64,000 nucleotides of DNA, taken from contig CAZHYN010000004.1 of assembly GCA_964536865.1 (NCBI GenBank), positions 12,900 to 76,899 on the forward strand, written 5' to 3'. Under the pieces are notes generated by a model. The model saw only the letters and a list, made by a program, of their open reading frames with translations. It searched no databases and had not been told where the DNA came from. Both the position numbers and the translations under genes were made by a program. Position 1 is the first letter of the stretch, and each line of letters begins with the position of its first letter. Shown here in pieces: positions 55,677 through 64,000 of this stretch. Origin of the DNA: an uncultured Planctomycetia bacterium. Its GTDB lineage: Bacteria > Omnitrophota > Gorgyraeia > Duberdicusellales > 4484-171.

Positions 55677-58512
55677 AAAGTATCAGGGAAAGATTGATAA
55701 ACTTAAGCCTCCGGTAGATATTAAGCTTAATCGAGAAATACCTTTACCTTCAGCAAGAGAGATTGTCCATCTTGCAAAAGTAGTAAGAGAGGTTAACTCT
55801 TTGGAAGAAGAGATTGAGAAAAAACCTGATAGTTTTTTTAAAGAGAAGACAGAGGAGTTTAAAAAGAAAGTAGCAGAGAGAACCAAAGGATTAGAAGGGG
55901 AGGATTATAAGTTAGCTTTAGAGGAGGTATTAGACCAAATACTCCCTTACTACTTTGCTATGGTGAGAGAAGCAGCTCGACGTACAGTAAGAATGCGTCA
56001 TTTCGATGTTCAGATTTTAGGAGGGATAGTTCTTCATAAAAATAAGATAGCAGAGATGGCTACCGGTGAAGGTAAAACTCTTGTAGCTACTTTAGCCGCT
56101 TCCTTAAACGCCCTTTCTCAAAAAGGAGTTCATATTGTTACTGTCAATGACTACTTAGCAAAGAGGGATAGAGAATGGATGGGTCCAATATATGAGTTCC
56201 TAGGATTAAGTTGTGGAGTGATTCAGCAGGAGATGAATAAAGAGGAAAGAAAATTAGCTTATTCCTGTGATATTACTTATGGCACTAATAATGAGTTTGG
56301 ATTTGATTATTTAAGAGATAATATGGCTACCACCCTTGATGAGGTAGTACAAAGGGCTCATTTCTATGCTATTGTAGATGAAGTTGACTCTATCCTTATT
56401 GACGAAGCTAGAACTCCTCTTATTATCTCTGGACCTGCAGAGATTTCTGTAGAGAAGTATTATGCTGCTGATAGAGTTGTCCGACAGCTTAAGACCAAAG
56501 TAGTAATCTCCCGCCATGATACAAAAGATGGAGTGGTAATATTAAAAAATCCTGATGGTAGTGAGCAAAGACTTTCTCCTGAAGAGTTAGAGGAAAAATT
56601 TGACGCTCTCATAGAGGAGAAGACTCATAATGCTTATCTTACCAAACGGGGAGAGGAGAGGTGCGAATCTCTTTTAAGGATAAAGAGTGTTTCTGAAGAT
56701 ACTCCAGATAGATTCTCTAGTAGTTGGACACACTACCTTAGTCAAGCCTTGAGAGCTCATTACCTCTTTAAACGTGATAGAGATTATGTCGTTAAGGATG
56801 GCAAGGTGATAATTGTGGATGAGTTTACCGGCCGTCTTATGCCGGGTAGACGTTGGTCTGAAGGTTTACATCAGGCTATTGAAGCAAAAGAGAAGTTAAA
56901 GATTCAAGAAGAATCACAGACTCTGGCAACCATTACCTTACAGAACTATTTCCGAATGTATGAGAAGCTAGCAGGGATGACTGGTACCGCTTACACTGAA
57001 GCACCAGAGTTTAAACATATTTACAATCTGGAGGTAGTAGTAATTCCTACTAATCGACCTTTAGTAAGAGTCAACTATCCCGATAGAGTCTATAAAACTA
57101 AACGTGCTAAGTTTAAAGCGGTAATCTCTGAAATTGAGGAGCTGTATAAGATCAAAAGACCAGTTTTGGTAGGCACCACTTCCATTGAAGACTCGGAGGA
57201 ACTTTCTTCCCTCCTTAAAAGGAAAGGTATTCCTCATAACGTTCTTAATGCTAAGTATCATGAGCAGGAAGCCTACATTGTTGCTCAAGCAGGTCGAATA
57301 GGTCAGATTACTATTGCTACCAATATGGCAGGAAGAGGTACAGATATAATTCTGGGAGGTAATATCGATTACTTCGTCAAGGATATGTTAAGAAAGAATA
57401 ACATCCTTCCCGATGCTCCTAACTATAAGGAGTTATACGAAAGAATGTATACCAAGTATAAGGGAGAGTTGGAAAGAGAACATAAAAAAGTAGTGGAGTT
57501 AGGAGGCTTGCACATTATTGGAACTCAACGTCACGAAGCAAGAAGAATTGATAATCAGTTAAGAGGGAGAGCAGGTCGTCAAGGAGATCCAGGATCTTCA
57601 CGTTTCTATATTTCTTTAGAAGATGATTTAATGAGACTCTTTGGTTCAGAGAGAATCTATTTCCTCATGGAGAAATTAGGTTTTCCTGAAGACGAACCCA
57701 TTGAGCATCCTTTGGTTACTCATTCTATAGAGATTGCTCAAAAGAGGGTTGAGGCTCATAACTTTGAGATAAGGAAGCAACTCTTAGAGTACGATAATGT
57801 GATGAATAAGCAGCGAGAGGTAATTTACACTCAGCGACGTATGATTTTAGAGAAAGGGGATATAAAGGAAGAGATTATTCAGATGATTGAGAATGTGATA
57901 GAAAAGAATTTACCTTTTTACTATGAGCAGGCAGACTGGGAAGGAATGGTGGATTGGTTAAGAGCAAGGTTCGGTTTAATTACAGACATTCAAATTGTAA
58001 AGGAGAAAGAGCTAACAGAATTGATGGAGGAGGTTAAAGAAGAAGTACTTAAAATTTATTCTCAAAGGGAGATAGAGAGCGGAAGAGAACTTGTCCGTAG
58101 TATAGAGAATACTATTGCTCTTTGGGTAATAGATTCTCGTTGGAAAGAGCACCTTCTGATGATGGATTCTTTAAAAGAAGGGATACATTTAAGAGGCTAC
58201 GCTCATACTGATCCTTTAGTAGAGTATCAGAAGGAGTCTTATTTCCTCTTTAATCAGACTATAGATTCCATAAAGGAGGGAATTGTAGATTTCCTCTTTA
58301 AGACTAAGGTAACCCCCCAGAAAGAGATGGTTAGTGTTTTCAGTAGTTTGCCTAAGAGTTTCCTGCACTCCTCATATTCCTCTTTGAGAGTCTCTCCTCA
58401 AGAGGAGAAAGATACCCCACCAGTAAAGAAAACTCCTCACAAGAAAGTAGGGAGAAATGATCCTTGTCCCTGTGGGAGTGGGAAAAAATATAAGAAGTGC
58501 TGCGGAAGGTAG
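55654..58512 (+). CDS. secA: Preprotein translocase ATPase SecA
   Basis: DEAD-motor motifs (MATGEGKTLVATL, DEVDSILIDEARTPLIISG). C-terminal zinc finger CPCGSGKKYKKCCG. Confidence 0.95.
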   Translation: MLKRFLLKKYQGKIDKLKPPVDIKLNREIPLPSAREIVHLAKVVREVNSLEEEIEKKPDSFFKEKTEEFKKKVAERTKGLEGEDYKLALEEVLDQILPYYFAMVREAARRTVRMRHFDVQILGGIVLHKNKIAEMATGEGKTLVATLAASLNALSQKGVHIVTVNDYLAKRDREWMGPIYEFLGLSCGVIQQEMNKEERKLAYSCDITYGTNNEFGFDYLRDNMATTLDEVVQRAHFYAIVDEVDSILIDEARTPLIISGPAEISVEKYYAADRVVRQLKTKVVISRHDTKDGVVILKNPDGSEQRLSPEELEEKFDALIEEKTHNAYLTKRGEERCESLLRIKSVSEDTPDRFSSSWTHYLSQALRAHYLFKRDRDYVVKDGKVIIVDEFTGRLMPGRRWSEGLHQAIEAKEKLKIQEESQTLATITLQNYFRMYEKLAGMTGTAYTEAPEFKHIYNLEVVVIPTNRPLVRVNYPDRVYKTKRAKFKAVISEIEELYKIKRPVLVGTTSIEDSEELSSLLKRKGIPHNVLNAKYHEQEAYIVAQAGRIGQITIATNMAGRGTDIILGGNIDYFVKDMLRKNNILPDAPNYKELYERMYTKYKGELEREHKKVVELGGLHIIGTQRHEARRIDNQLRGRAGRQGDPGSSRFYISLEDDLMRLFGSERIYFLMEKLGFPEDEPIEHPLVTHSIEIAQKRVEAHNFEIRKQLLEYDNVMNKQREVIYTQRRMILEKGDIKEEIIQMIENVIEKNLPFYYEQADWEGMVDWLRARFGLITDIQIVKEKELTELMEEVKEEVLKIYSQREIESGRELVRSIENTIALWVIDSRWKEHLLMMDSLKEGIHLRGYAHTDPLVEYQKESYFLFNQTIDSIKEGIVDFLFKTKVTPQKEMVSVFSSLPKSFLHSSYSSLRVSPQEEKDTPPVKKTPHKKVGRNDPCPCGSGKKYKKCCGR

Positions 58513-59939
58513 ATAGCTATAAACTTTTAATTTTTGCTGCCTTGAGTGGCCTTTTAGGGGGAATGAGTTTTTTTCGCTCTCAGTTTTCTTTTCTGGTATG
58601 GTTTTCTTTTGTTTTCTTCTTCTTCGTTATAGAGAAAGTAAAGAGACACACTCTTTTTCTTTACTCCCTCCTAGCAGGTTTTGGCTATTTTATTACTATC
58701 CTTTTTTGGGTAGGTTATGTTACCAAGATAGGACTTTTTTTTCTCACGCTTTATCTAAGTTTATATTGGGTTGCCTTTGCTTATTTAGGTAAATTCTTTC
58801 TGAGGATTCCTTTTAGCTGGATTACTCTACCCTCACTGTGGGTAATTTTAGAATTCTTTAGAGAGAATATTTGGACAGGATTTGGCTGGGCAATCCTGGG
58901 TTACTCTCAGTATCCAAATAGCTTTCTTATTCAGAGTGCAGACCTCTTAGGAGTAAAGTTCATTTCTTGGTTAATTCTTCTTTTTAATGTGGTACTTTAT
59001 GATCTAATTAAAAAGAAAAAAGGAGTTTTAAGAGAAGTGATTTTTCTCTCTATTTTAATTCTAGCAAACTTAGGATATTCTATATATCGAATGAATAGTT
59101 TAGATACTCATTCAGAGAAGATTAGTTTAGCTCTAATTCAGACAAATGTCCCTCAGGATTTGAAATGGAAATCTTTTTATGCTCACCAGATTATTAGGAG
59201 GTTAGAGAATTTAGCAAAAAAAACGTCTTCCACTAGTTTAGTAATCTACCCCGAAGCTAGTTATCCTTTCGTGGTTAAAGAAAGTAACTTCGAAGAATTT
59301 ATGAATTTTTTTGCTGAATTTAAGAGAAATATTCTTATAGGAGTGGTAGAGAAAGAAGAGGATAAATTTTATAACTGTGCTTTCCTGATTAATAGGAAGG
59401 GAGAATTTGTTGATAAGTATCGTAAGCTTAAGTTGGTTCCCTTTGGAGAGTATATTCCCCTAAGGAGGTTTCTCAAATTCATTGATGTAATAAATGCTAT
59501 GGGCGATATCTCTCCGGGAAGAGAGTTTAAGATTTTTAACTATCAAGGCAAAAGATTTGCTGTACTTATCTGTTTTGAAGATACTTTCCCCTTTGTTGTT
59601 GCACGCTTTGCTAGGAACTCCGACTTCTTAGTTAATATAACTAACGATGCTTGGTTTAAAGGCAACCCCGAAGCTCAACAGCATTTAGGTATTCTAATTT
59701 TCAAAGCTATAGAGAATAGAATTTCAGCAGTAAGAGTAGCTAATACAGGAATAACCGGATATATCTCTTTTAAGGGAGAAGTAGAGAAATTTAGAAAGGA
59801 TGGGAGAGAATTATTTACTCAAGGTGTATTTAATGTTGAACTTCCTATTAATCAAGAGAGAAGCTTTTACTCTCGTTATCCGGAGTTATTTCTCTTGATA
59901 GCAAGCATTTCTCTTCTTTTTTCTATAATAAAAGTATGA
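58497..59939 (+). CDS. lnt: Apolipoprotein N-acyltransferase
   Basis: N-terminal polytopic region and a CN-hydrolase domain with catalytic Cys in VLICFEDTFP. Confidence 0.85.
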   Translation: MLRKVDSYKLLIFAALSGLLGGMSFFRSQFSFLVWFSFVFFFFVIEKVKRHTLFLYSLLAGFGYFITILFWVGYVTKIGLFFLTLYLSLYWVAFAYLGKFFLRIPFSWITLPSLWVILEFFRENIWTGFGWAILGYSQYPNSFLIQSADLLGVKFISWLILLFNVVLYDLIKKKKGVLREVIFLSILILANLGYSIYRMNSLDTHSEKISLALIQTNVPQDLKWKSFYAHQIIRRLENLAKKTSSTSLVIYPEASYPFVVKESNFEEFMNFFAEFKRNILIGVVEKEEDKFYNCAFLINRKGEFVDKYRKLKLVPFGEYIPLRRFLKFIDVINAMGDISPGREFKIFNYQGKRFAVLICFEDTFPFVVARFARNSDFLVNITNDAWFKGNPEAQQHLGILIFKAIENRISAVRVANTGITGYISFKGEVEKFRKDGRELFTQGVFNVELPINQERSFYSRYPELFLLIASISLLFSIIKV

Positions 59940-61051
59940 AGGAGAACTATTATCGATTATCTTTTAAGGTAAGTTTCTTAAGTATAGGTATTAACCTCCT
60001 TTTAGGAATAGTTAAGTTGATTCTGGCAATCCTTTCTCAGAGTATAGCCATACTTAGTGATTGCGTTCATAGCTTGTCGGATATGGCTACTACCTTAATA
60101 GTAATTCTTAGCTTAAAGGTGAGTAAAAAGCCGGCAGATAAGGACCATCCTTTTGGTCATGGGAGGGTAGAGGAAATAGGAGGGTTACTGATTGCGGTAG
60201 TTATCTTTCTATTAGGGATTAATTTTTTAAAATCGTCATTTTTAAGGTTATTTTCTCTTCCTCCTGTTATGGTAACCAATCTTTTTATCGTGATAATCTT
60301 TATTACTGCCTTCATAAAATTATTTCTAGGAATAATTACTTTTGTAGTATCTAAAAAGACATCTTCAAATCTTCTTCTGGGGGATGCTTACCACCACGGG
60401 AGTGACTTCTTTATCAGTTTCTGTATAGGGTTGGGATTAATCTTTATAAAGAAGGGATTTATGCTTTTTGATCCGTTAGGAGGTATTCTTGTTTCTTCTT
60501 TAATCGTATTCTGGGGTTTAGATTTAGGGAGGAAGTTTATTGATAAACTGATAGGGAAAAGCCCTTCTGTAGAGATCTGTGAAAAAATTAAGAGTATCGC
60601 AAAGAAATTTCCTCAGGTTAAAGGGGTTCATGAAATTTACGTACACTCTTATGGAAGGGAAAATATTATTTCTTTCCATATTGAGTTAGATGAAGATTTG
60701 TCGTTAGAAGAGGCACACAGCGTAGCTGATAGGATAGAGAAAGAGATATTTAAGGAAGGTTTAGGAAAGTGTATTGTACATATGGATCTTTTTAAGAAAG
60801 CATCTTTTACCGAGAAAAAGAAAGTTATTGCTACTTTAAATCATATTACTCACTTAGTAAAAGAGATTAAGGATTTCCATGGTTTAGAGATAATCACTAC
60901 CGAAGGAGGAAGAATGCTTAACTTCCATCTTATGCTTGATAAAGATACTTCTCTAGAGGAGTCTCATCAGATTTCTCATAGAATAGCAGGGATCTTGAAA
61001 GAAAAGTTTGGTTTCTCATCAGTGAATATTCATCTCGAGCCCTATAAATAA
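59936..61051 (+). CDS. Cation diffusion facilitator transporter with a duplicated C-terminal cytoplasmic domain
   Basis: TM motifs HSLSDMATT and DAYHHGSDF. Two successive ZT-dimer-like domains (VHEIYVHSYG...IVHMD and LEIITTEGGRMLNFHLMLD...NIHLEP). Confidence 0.8.
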   Translation: MKENYYRLSFKVSFLSIGINLLLGIVKLILAILSQSIAILSDCVHSLSDMATTLIVILSLKVSKKPADKDHPFGHGRVEEIGGLLIAVVIFLLGINFLKSSFLRLFSLPPVMVTNLFIVIIFITAFIKLFLGIITFVVSKKTSSNLLLGDAYHHGSDFFISFCIGLGLIFIKKGFMLFDPLGGILVSSLIVFWGLDLGRKFIDKLIGKSPSVEICEKIKSIAKKFPQVKGVHEIYVHSYGRENIISFHIELDEDLSLEEAHSVADRIEKEIFKEGLGKCIVHMDLFKKASFTEKKKVIATLNHITHLVKEIKDFHGLEIITTEGGRMLNFHLMLDKDTSLEESHQISHRIAGILKEKFGFSSVNIHLEPYK

Positions 61052-61165
61052 ATTTCCTCTCCTTGATATTAAAGGTCTGCTTAAGGAGACTAGCGATATA
61101 AATCCGCTACACTACACCATAAAATCAATTGACACACTTTAGTTATTTTCATAAACTAATTAAAT

Positions 61166-62506
61166 ATGGAGGAGTTAATCTCTAAAATAAAATCCTTGCT
61201 TGTTAAGAGAAAGCTTTCCGAAGTAAAAAGTTTACTTCCTCTTCACCCAGAAGATGTTGCTAACTTAATATCCCGCCTTGAGAAACCTTCTCATAAGTTG
61301 CTAGTTTTCCGTATGATTCCCCATGATAGAGCAGTAGAGGTATTTGAGTATCTTCCTGATGATGAACAGGAGACCCTTTTACGTTCTTTGACTGACCAGG
61401 AGGTTAAAGAGATATTGGACGATATGTCTCCTGATGATAGAACTGAACTTTTTGAGGATATGCCTGCAGAGTTAGTTAAGCGCTCTATAAACCTTTTATC
61501 AACCCAAGAACGTAAGCTTGCCCTGGAGATTCTTAATTACCCTCCTGATTCTGTGGGAAGGCTCCTTACCCCCGATTTTGTTCAGTTCTACGACGACATG
61601 ATGGTTAAGGAGGCTTTAGATCATTTAAGAGTTGCAGGGATGGGCAAGGAGACAATTTATCATTGTTATGTTTTGGATAAGGAGAAAAAACTTAAAGGAG
61701 TGGTTTCTTTAAAGAAGTTAGTTTTAGCTGACCCTTCAACTAAAATTTCAGAGATTATGTACAAAGATGTAATAAAAGTTAACGTTAATACTGATAGAGA
61801 AGAAGCAGCAAATATATTTAAGAAGTACGACATAATAGCTCTCCCTGTAGTAGATAACAACGACAAATTGTTAGGAATTGTAACTTTTGATGACTTAGTT
61901 GATGTCTTAGAAGACGAAGCTACAGAGGACTTTGAAAAAATCGCTGCAGTATTACCGGTAGATAAGCCCTATATGGAAGCGGGCTTTTTTAATATAGTAT
62001 GGAGGAGGAGTTTTTGGTTGATAGTTCTTGTCACTCTGGAGTCAATCTCCAGTTTAGTTTTACAGAAGTATCAGTCAAGTATCCAGAAGTGGGTAGCTCT
62101 AAGTTTCTTTCTTCCTATCCTTATTGATACCGGTGGTAATGCAGGAACTCAATCTGCTACTATAATTATAAGGAGTTTAGCTATCGGAGAGGTAGGAGTA
62201 AAGGACTTTTTTAAGATTATCTTCAGAGAGTCTTTCATTGGTTTCTTTATTGGAGGTATTTTAGCGGTAGTAGGGATAATTAGAGTTTTCCTTCAGCAGA
62301 ATAATTGGCTTTTAAGTGTTGCTGTAGGAATATCCATAGGATTTACAGTAGCTGCTGCGGCAGTTATTGGAGCGTCCCTTCCTCTTATCTTTAGAAAGAT
62401 TAAACTGGATCCTGCATTAATGAGTGGACCTCTAATTACTACCATTGTCGATGTAGGGGGCATCTTTATCTACTTTGAGATAGCTAGATTAATCCTTGGT
62501 TTATGA
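61166..62506 (+). CDS. mgtE: Magnesium transporter MgtE
   Basis: N domain, CBS pair (IIALPVVDNNDKLLGIVTFDDLVDV), and a 5-TM MgtE domain with DTGGNAGTQSAT. Confidence 0.9.
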   Translation: MEELISKIKSLLVKRKLSEVKSLLPLHPEDVANLISRLEKPSHKLLVFRMIPHDRAVEVFEYLPDDEQETLLRSLTDQEVKEILDDMSPDDRTELFEDMPAELVKRSINLLSTQERKLALEILNYPPDSVGRLLTPDFVQFYDDMMVKEALDHLRVAGMGKETIYHCYVLDKEKKLKGVVSLKKLVLADPSTKISEIMYKDVIKVNVNTDREEAANIFKKYDIIALPVVDNNDKLLGIVTFDDLVDVLEDEATEDFEKIAAVLPVDKPYMEAGFFNIVWRRSFWLIVLVTLESISSLVLQKYQSSIQKWVALSFFLPILIDTGGNAGTQSATIIIRSLAIGEVGVKDFFKIIFRESFIGFFIGGILAVVGIIRVFLQQNNWLLSVAVGISIGFTVAAAAVIGASLPLIFRKIKLDPALMSGPLITTIVDVGGIFIYFEIARLILGL

Positions 62507-63540
62507 GTAAGCACTTTTTAGTTATCTTAGTAGCGCTTACTTTATGTGGATGTGTGACCTTGCCTAAAAGAGCTGTTCTTCCTTCCCTTTCAAAAGCAGA
62601 GTTTGTAGAGGTAAGTAAATTCTGCCAGAGAAATGGATTGACTTATTCTTATAACACTTTAGATGATATTGTGGAGTTAACCTCTAAGGATAAAGATATT
62701 CGATTACTTTTAAACTCCTTACTAATCTATTACAATGGAAAGTTCTTTCATCTCAAGAATTCTCCTTTTTACCGAGAAGGTAGAGTATTTGTTCCTCAGG
62801 AATTGGAGGATATTGTCCTTAAAAAAATACCTAAGATTTTTGCTCCTCTACCAATAAAGAGGATAGTTATTGATCCTGGCCATGGAGGTAAAGACCCAGG
62901 AGCAATTTCCCCTAGGGGGACAAAAGAGAAGGATATTAATCTCCGGATAGCTAAGCTTCTTAAGAGAGAATTAGAGAAGAAAGGATTTACAGTTTACCTT
63001 ACTCGAAGAAGTGATGTTTACCTTTCTCTCCAGAAGAGGGTAGAGATAGCTAAAGATAAGAGGGCAGATCTATTTATAAGTATCCATGCTAATTCTAACC
63101 GCAATCCCAAAGTAAATGGAGTGGAAGTTTACTACCTTTCCCCTAAGTACTTTAACTGGAAAAAGAGATTGCTTTGGTTATCTAAATATCTTCCTCCTGA
63201 CTTAAGAGGTACTTATTCTCCTCGCCAAAGGGAGATTATCTGGAAGAATATCTGTGTTAAAAATGATACCATCAGCCGCCAGGCAGCTCACTGTTTAGTT
63301 ACCATCTTTAGGGAGTTAGGATTTAAAGTTAGATATCCTAAAGGCGCGCCTTTCTATGTTTTAAGGTATGGGTATGTACCTAGCATTCTGGTAGAAGTAG
63401 GGTATTTAAGCAACAGTCGAGAAGAAAGACTTCTAAAGAGTTCTCGTTACCAACACCAGGTTGCTTGTGCAATTGCCTTAGGAGTTTCTTCTTTAAATAG
63501 GCGTTATGCACACTTAGTAAAGAGGTATGGGAATAGATAA
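62503..63540 (+). CDS. N-acetylmuramoyl-L-alanine amidase lipoprotein (Amidase_3)
   Basis: Lipobox LTLCGC. Catalytic domain IVIDPGHGGKDPGA...ISIHANS...EVGYLSN. Confidence 0.85.
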   Translation: MSKHFLVILVALTLCGCVTLPKRAVLPSLSKAEFVEVSKFCQRNGLTYSYNTLDDIVELTSKDKDIRLLLNSLLIYYNGKFFHLKNSPFYREGRVFVPQELEDIVLKKIPKIFAPLPIKRIVIDPGHGGKDPGAISPRGTKEKDINLRIAKLLKRELEKKGFTVYLTRRSDVYLSLQKRVEIAKDKRADLFISIHANSNRNPKVNGVEVYYLSPKYFNWKKRLLWLSKYLPPDLRGTYSPRQREIIWKNICVKNDTISRQAAHCLVTIFRELGFKVRYPKGAPFYVLRYGYVPSILVEVGYLSNSREERLLKSSRYQHQVACAIALGVSSLNRRYAHLVKRYGNR

Positions 63541-64000
63541 AAGACCTATTGGAATTTTCGATTCTGGAATAGGGGGACTCACCGTTTTTAAGGAGATAGA
63601 AAAAGCTCTACCTTGCGAGTCTCTTGTTTATTTTGGAGATACCGCAAGGGTTCCTTACGGAAATAAATCTAAACAGACGGTAATTCGCTTCACTACGGAA
63701 AATATTCTTTTTCTTCTTAAGAAAAAGGTTAAACTTATAGTGATAGCTTGTAATACTTCATCTAGTTTGGCTTTAAAGTATGTAAGAAAAATTTTTAACA
63801 TTCCTATCATAGGAGTAATTAGGCCTGCTATTGAGAAAGCAATTAAGGTCTCTAAAGGAAGGATTGGGGTGATCGGCACAAAATCTACGATAGCTAGTAG
63901 AGCTTATGAGGAGGAGCTAAAAAGGAAAGATAAGAGTAGTTTAATCTTTTCCCGTCCCTGCCCTCTGTTAGTTCCTTTCATTGAGGAAGGTCTTATAAAG
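63527..64000 (+). CDS. murI: Glutamate racemase; 3' end lies outside the window
   Basis: MGIDKRPIGIFDSGIGGLTV...IVIACNTSS...RIGVIGTKSTI. Frame stays open to the window end. Not in the supplied ORF track because it is truncated. Confidence 0.85.
   Translation, partial: MGIDKRPIGIFDSGIGGLTVFKEIEKALPCESLVYFGDTARVPYGNKSKQTVIRFTTENILFLLKKKVKLIVIACNTSSSLALKYVRKIFNIPIIGVIRPAIEKAIKVSKGRIGVIGTKSTIASRAYEEELKRKDKSSLIFSRPCPLLVPFIEEGLIK

Noticed and set aside
61052-61165. M-box (Mg2+) riboswitch upstream of mgtE
   Set aside because: The intergenic region is only about 114 nt and shows promoter-like hexamers but none of the long paired M-box helices, so it is too short.

Overview
This is a gene-dense, low-GC (about 35%, judged by eye) bacterial chromosomal segment whose proteins are rich in Lys, Glu and Ile, which fits a thermophile. 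Almost every ORF longer than 100 aa is recognisable housekeeping or envelope machinery.

The first 22.8 kb is one long plus-strand run: lolC/lolD, ilvE, mcsA-mcsB-clpC, mlaEFD, radA, a PIN/TRAM protein, ispD-ispF-cysS, tmk-holB-PSP1-metG-tatD, mtnA-thiL-tsaE-tsaB-alr. This order closely mirrors the Bacillus clpC and tmk/metS neighbourhoods. The same organism also encodes diderm envelope systems (Lol, Mla, LptF/G, an LptE-like lipoprotein, a BamD-like TPR protein, Lnt, MurJ).

A minus-strand lptG-lptF-comF block is followed by a prepilin-like gene, a CHASE2/HD-GYP c-di-GMP phosphodiesterase and a GDSL hydrolase.

The only substantial non-coding stretch (29.48-31.21 kb) is a rearranged tRNA hotspot. 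It holds a minus-strand tRNA-Leu(CAA) plus two orphan 3'-end fragments of it. It also holds a plus-strand tRNA-Ala(GGC) sitting in a ~324-bp tandem duplication. The second tRNA-Ala copy carries a 31-nt GC-rich double-hairpin insertion in its T-loop and a compensatory T-stem base-pair change. The same ~31-nt double-hairpin mini-element occurs four times in this stretch, fused after GTT in tRNA-like fragments. This is the most unusual structure in the window and I could not match it to a described element.

Downstream come nfo, leuS, comEA/comEC and a coherent osmoadaptation/trehalose island: mscS, GH65 phosphorylase, GT4, otsA, a beta-phosphoglucomutase::T6P-phosphatase fusion, a second GH65, a conserved unknown and treT. 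After that come a BamD-like protein, an LptE-like protein, holA, rpsT, murJ, a short uvrC, ogt, pilT, prfB, secA, lnt, a CDF transporter, mgtE, an amidase and a partial murI.

I found no CRISPR array, no integrase or transposase, and no recognisable defence genes.
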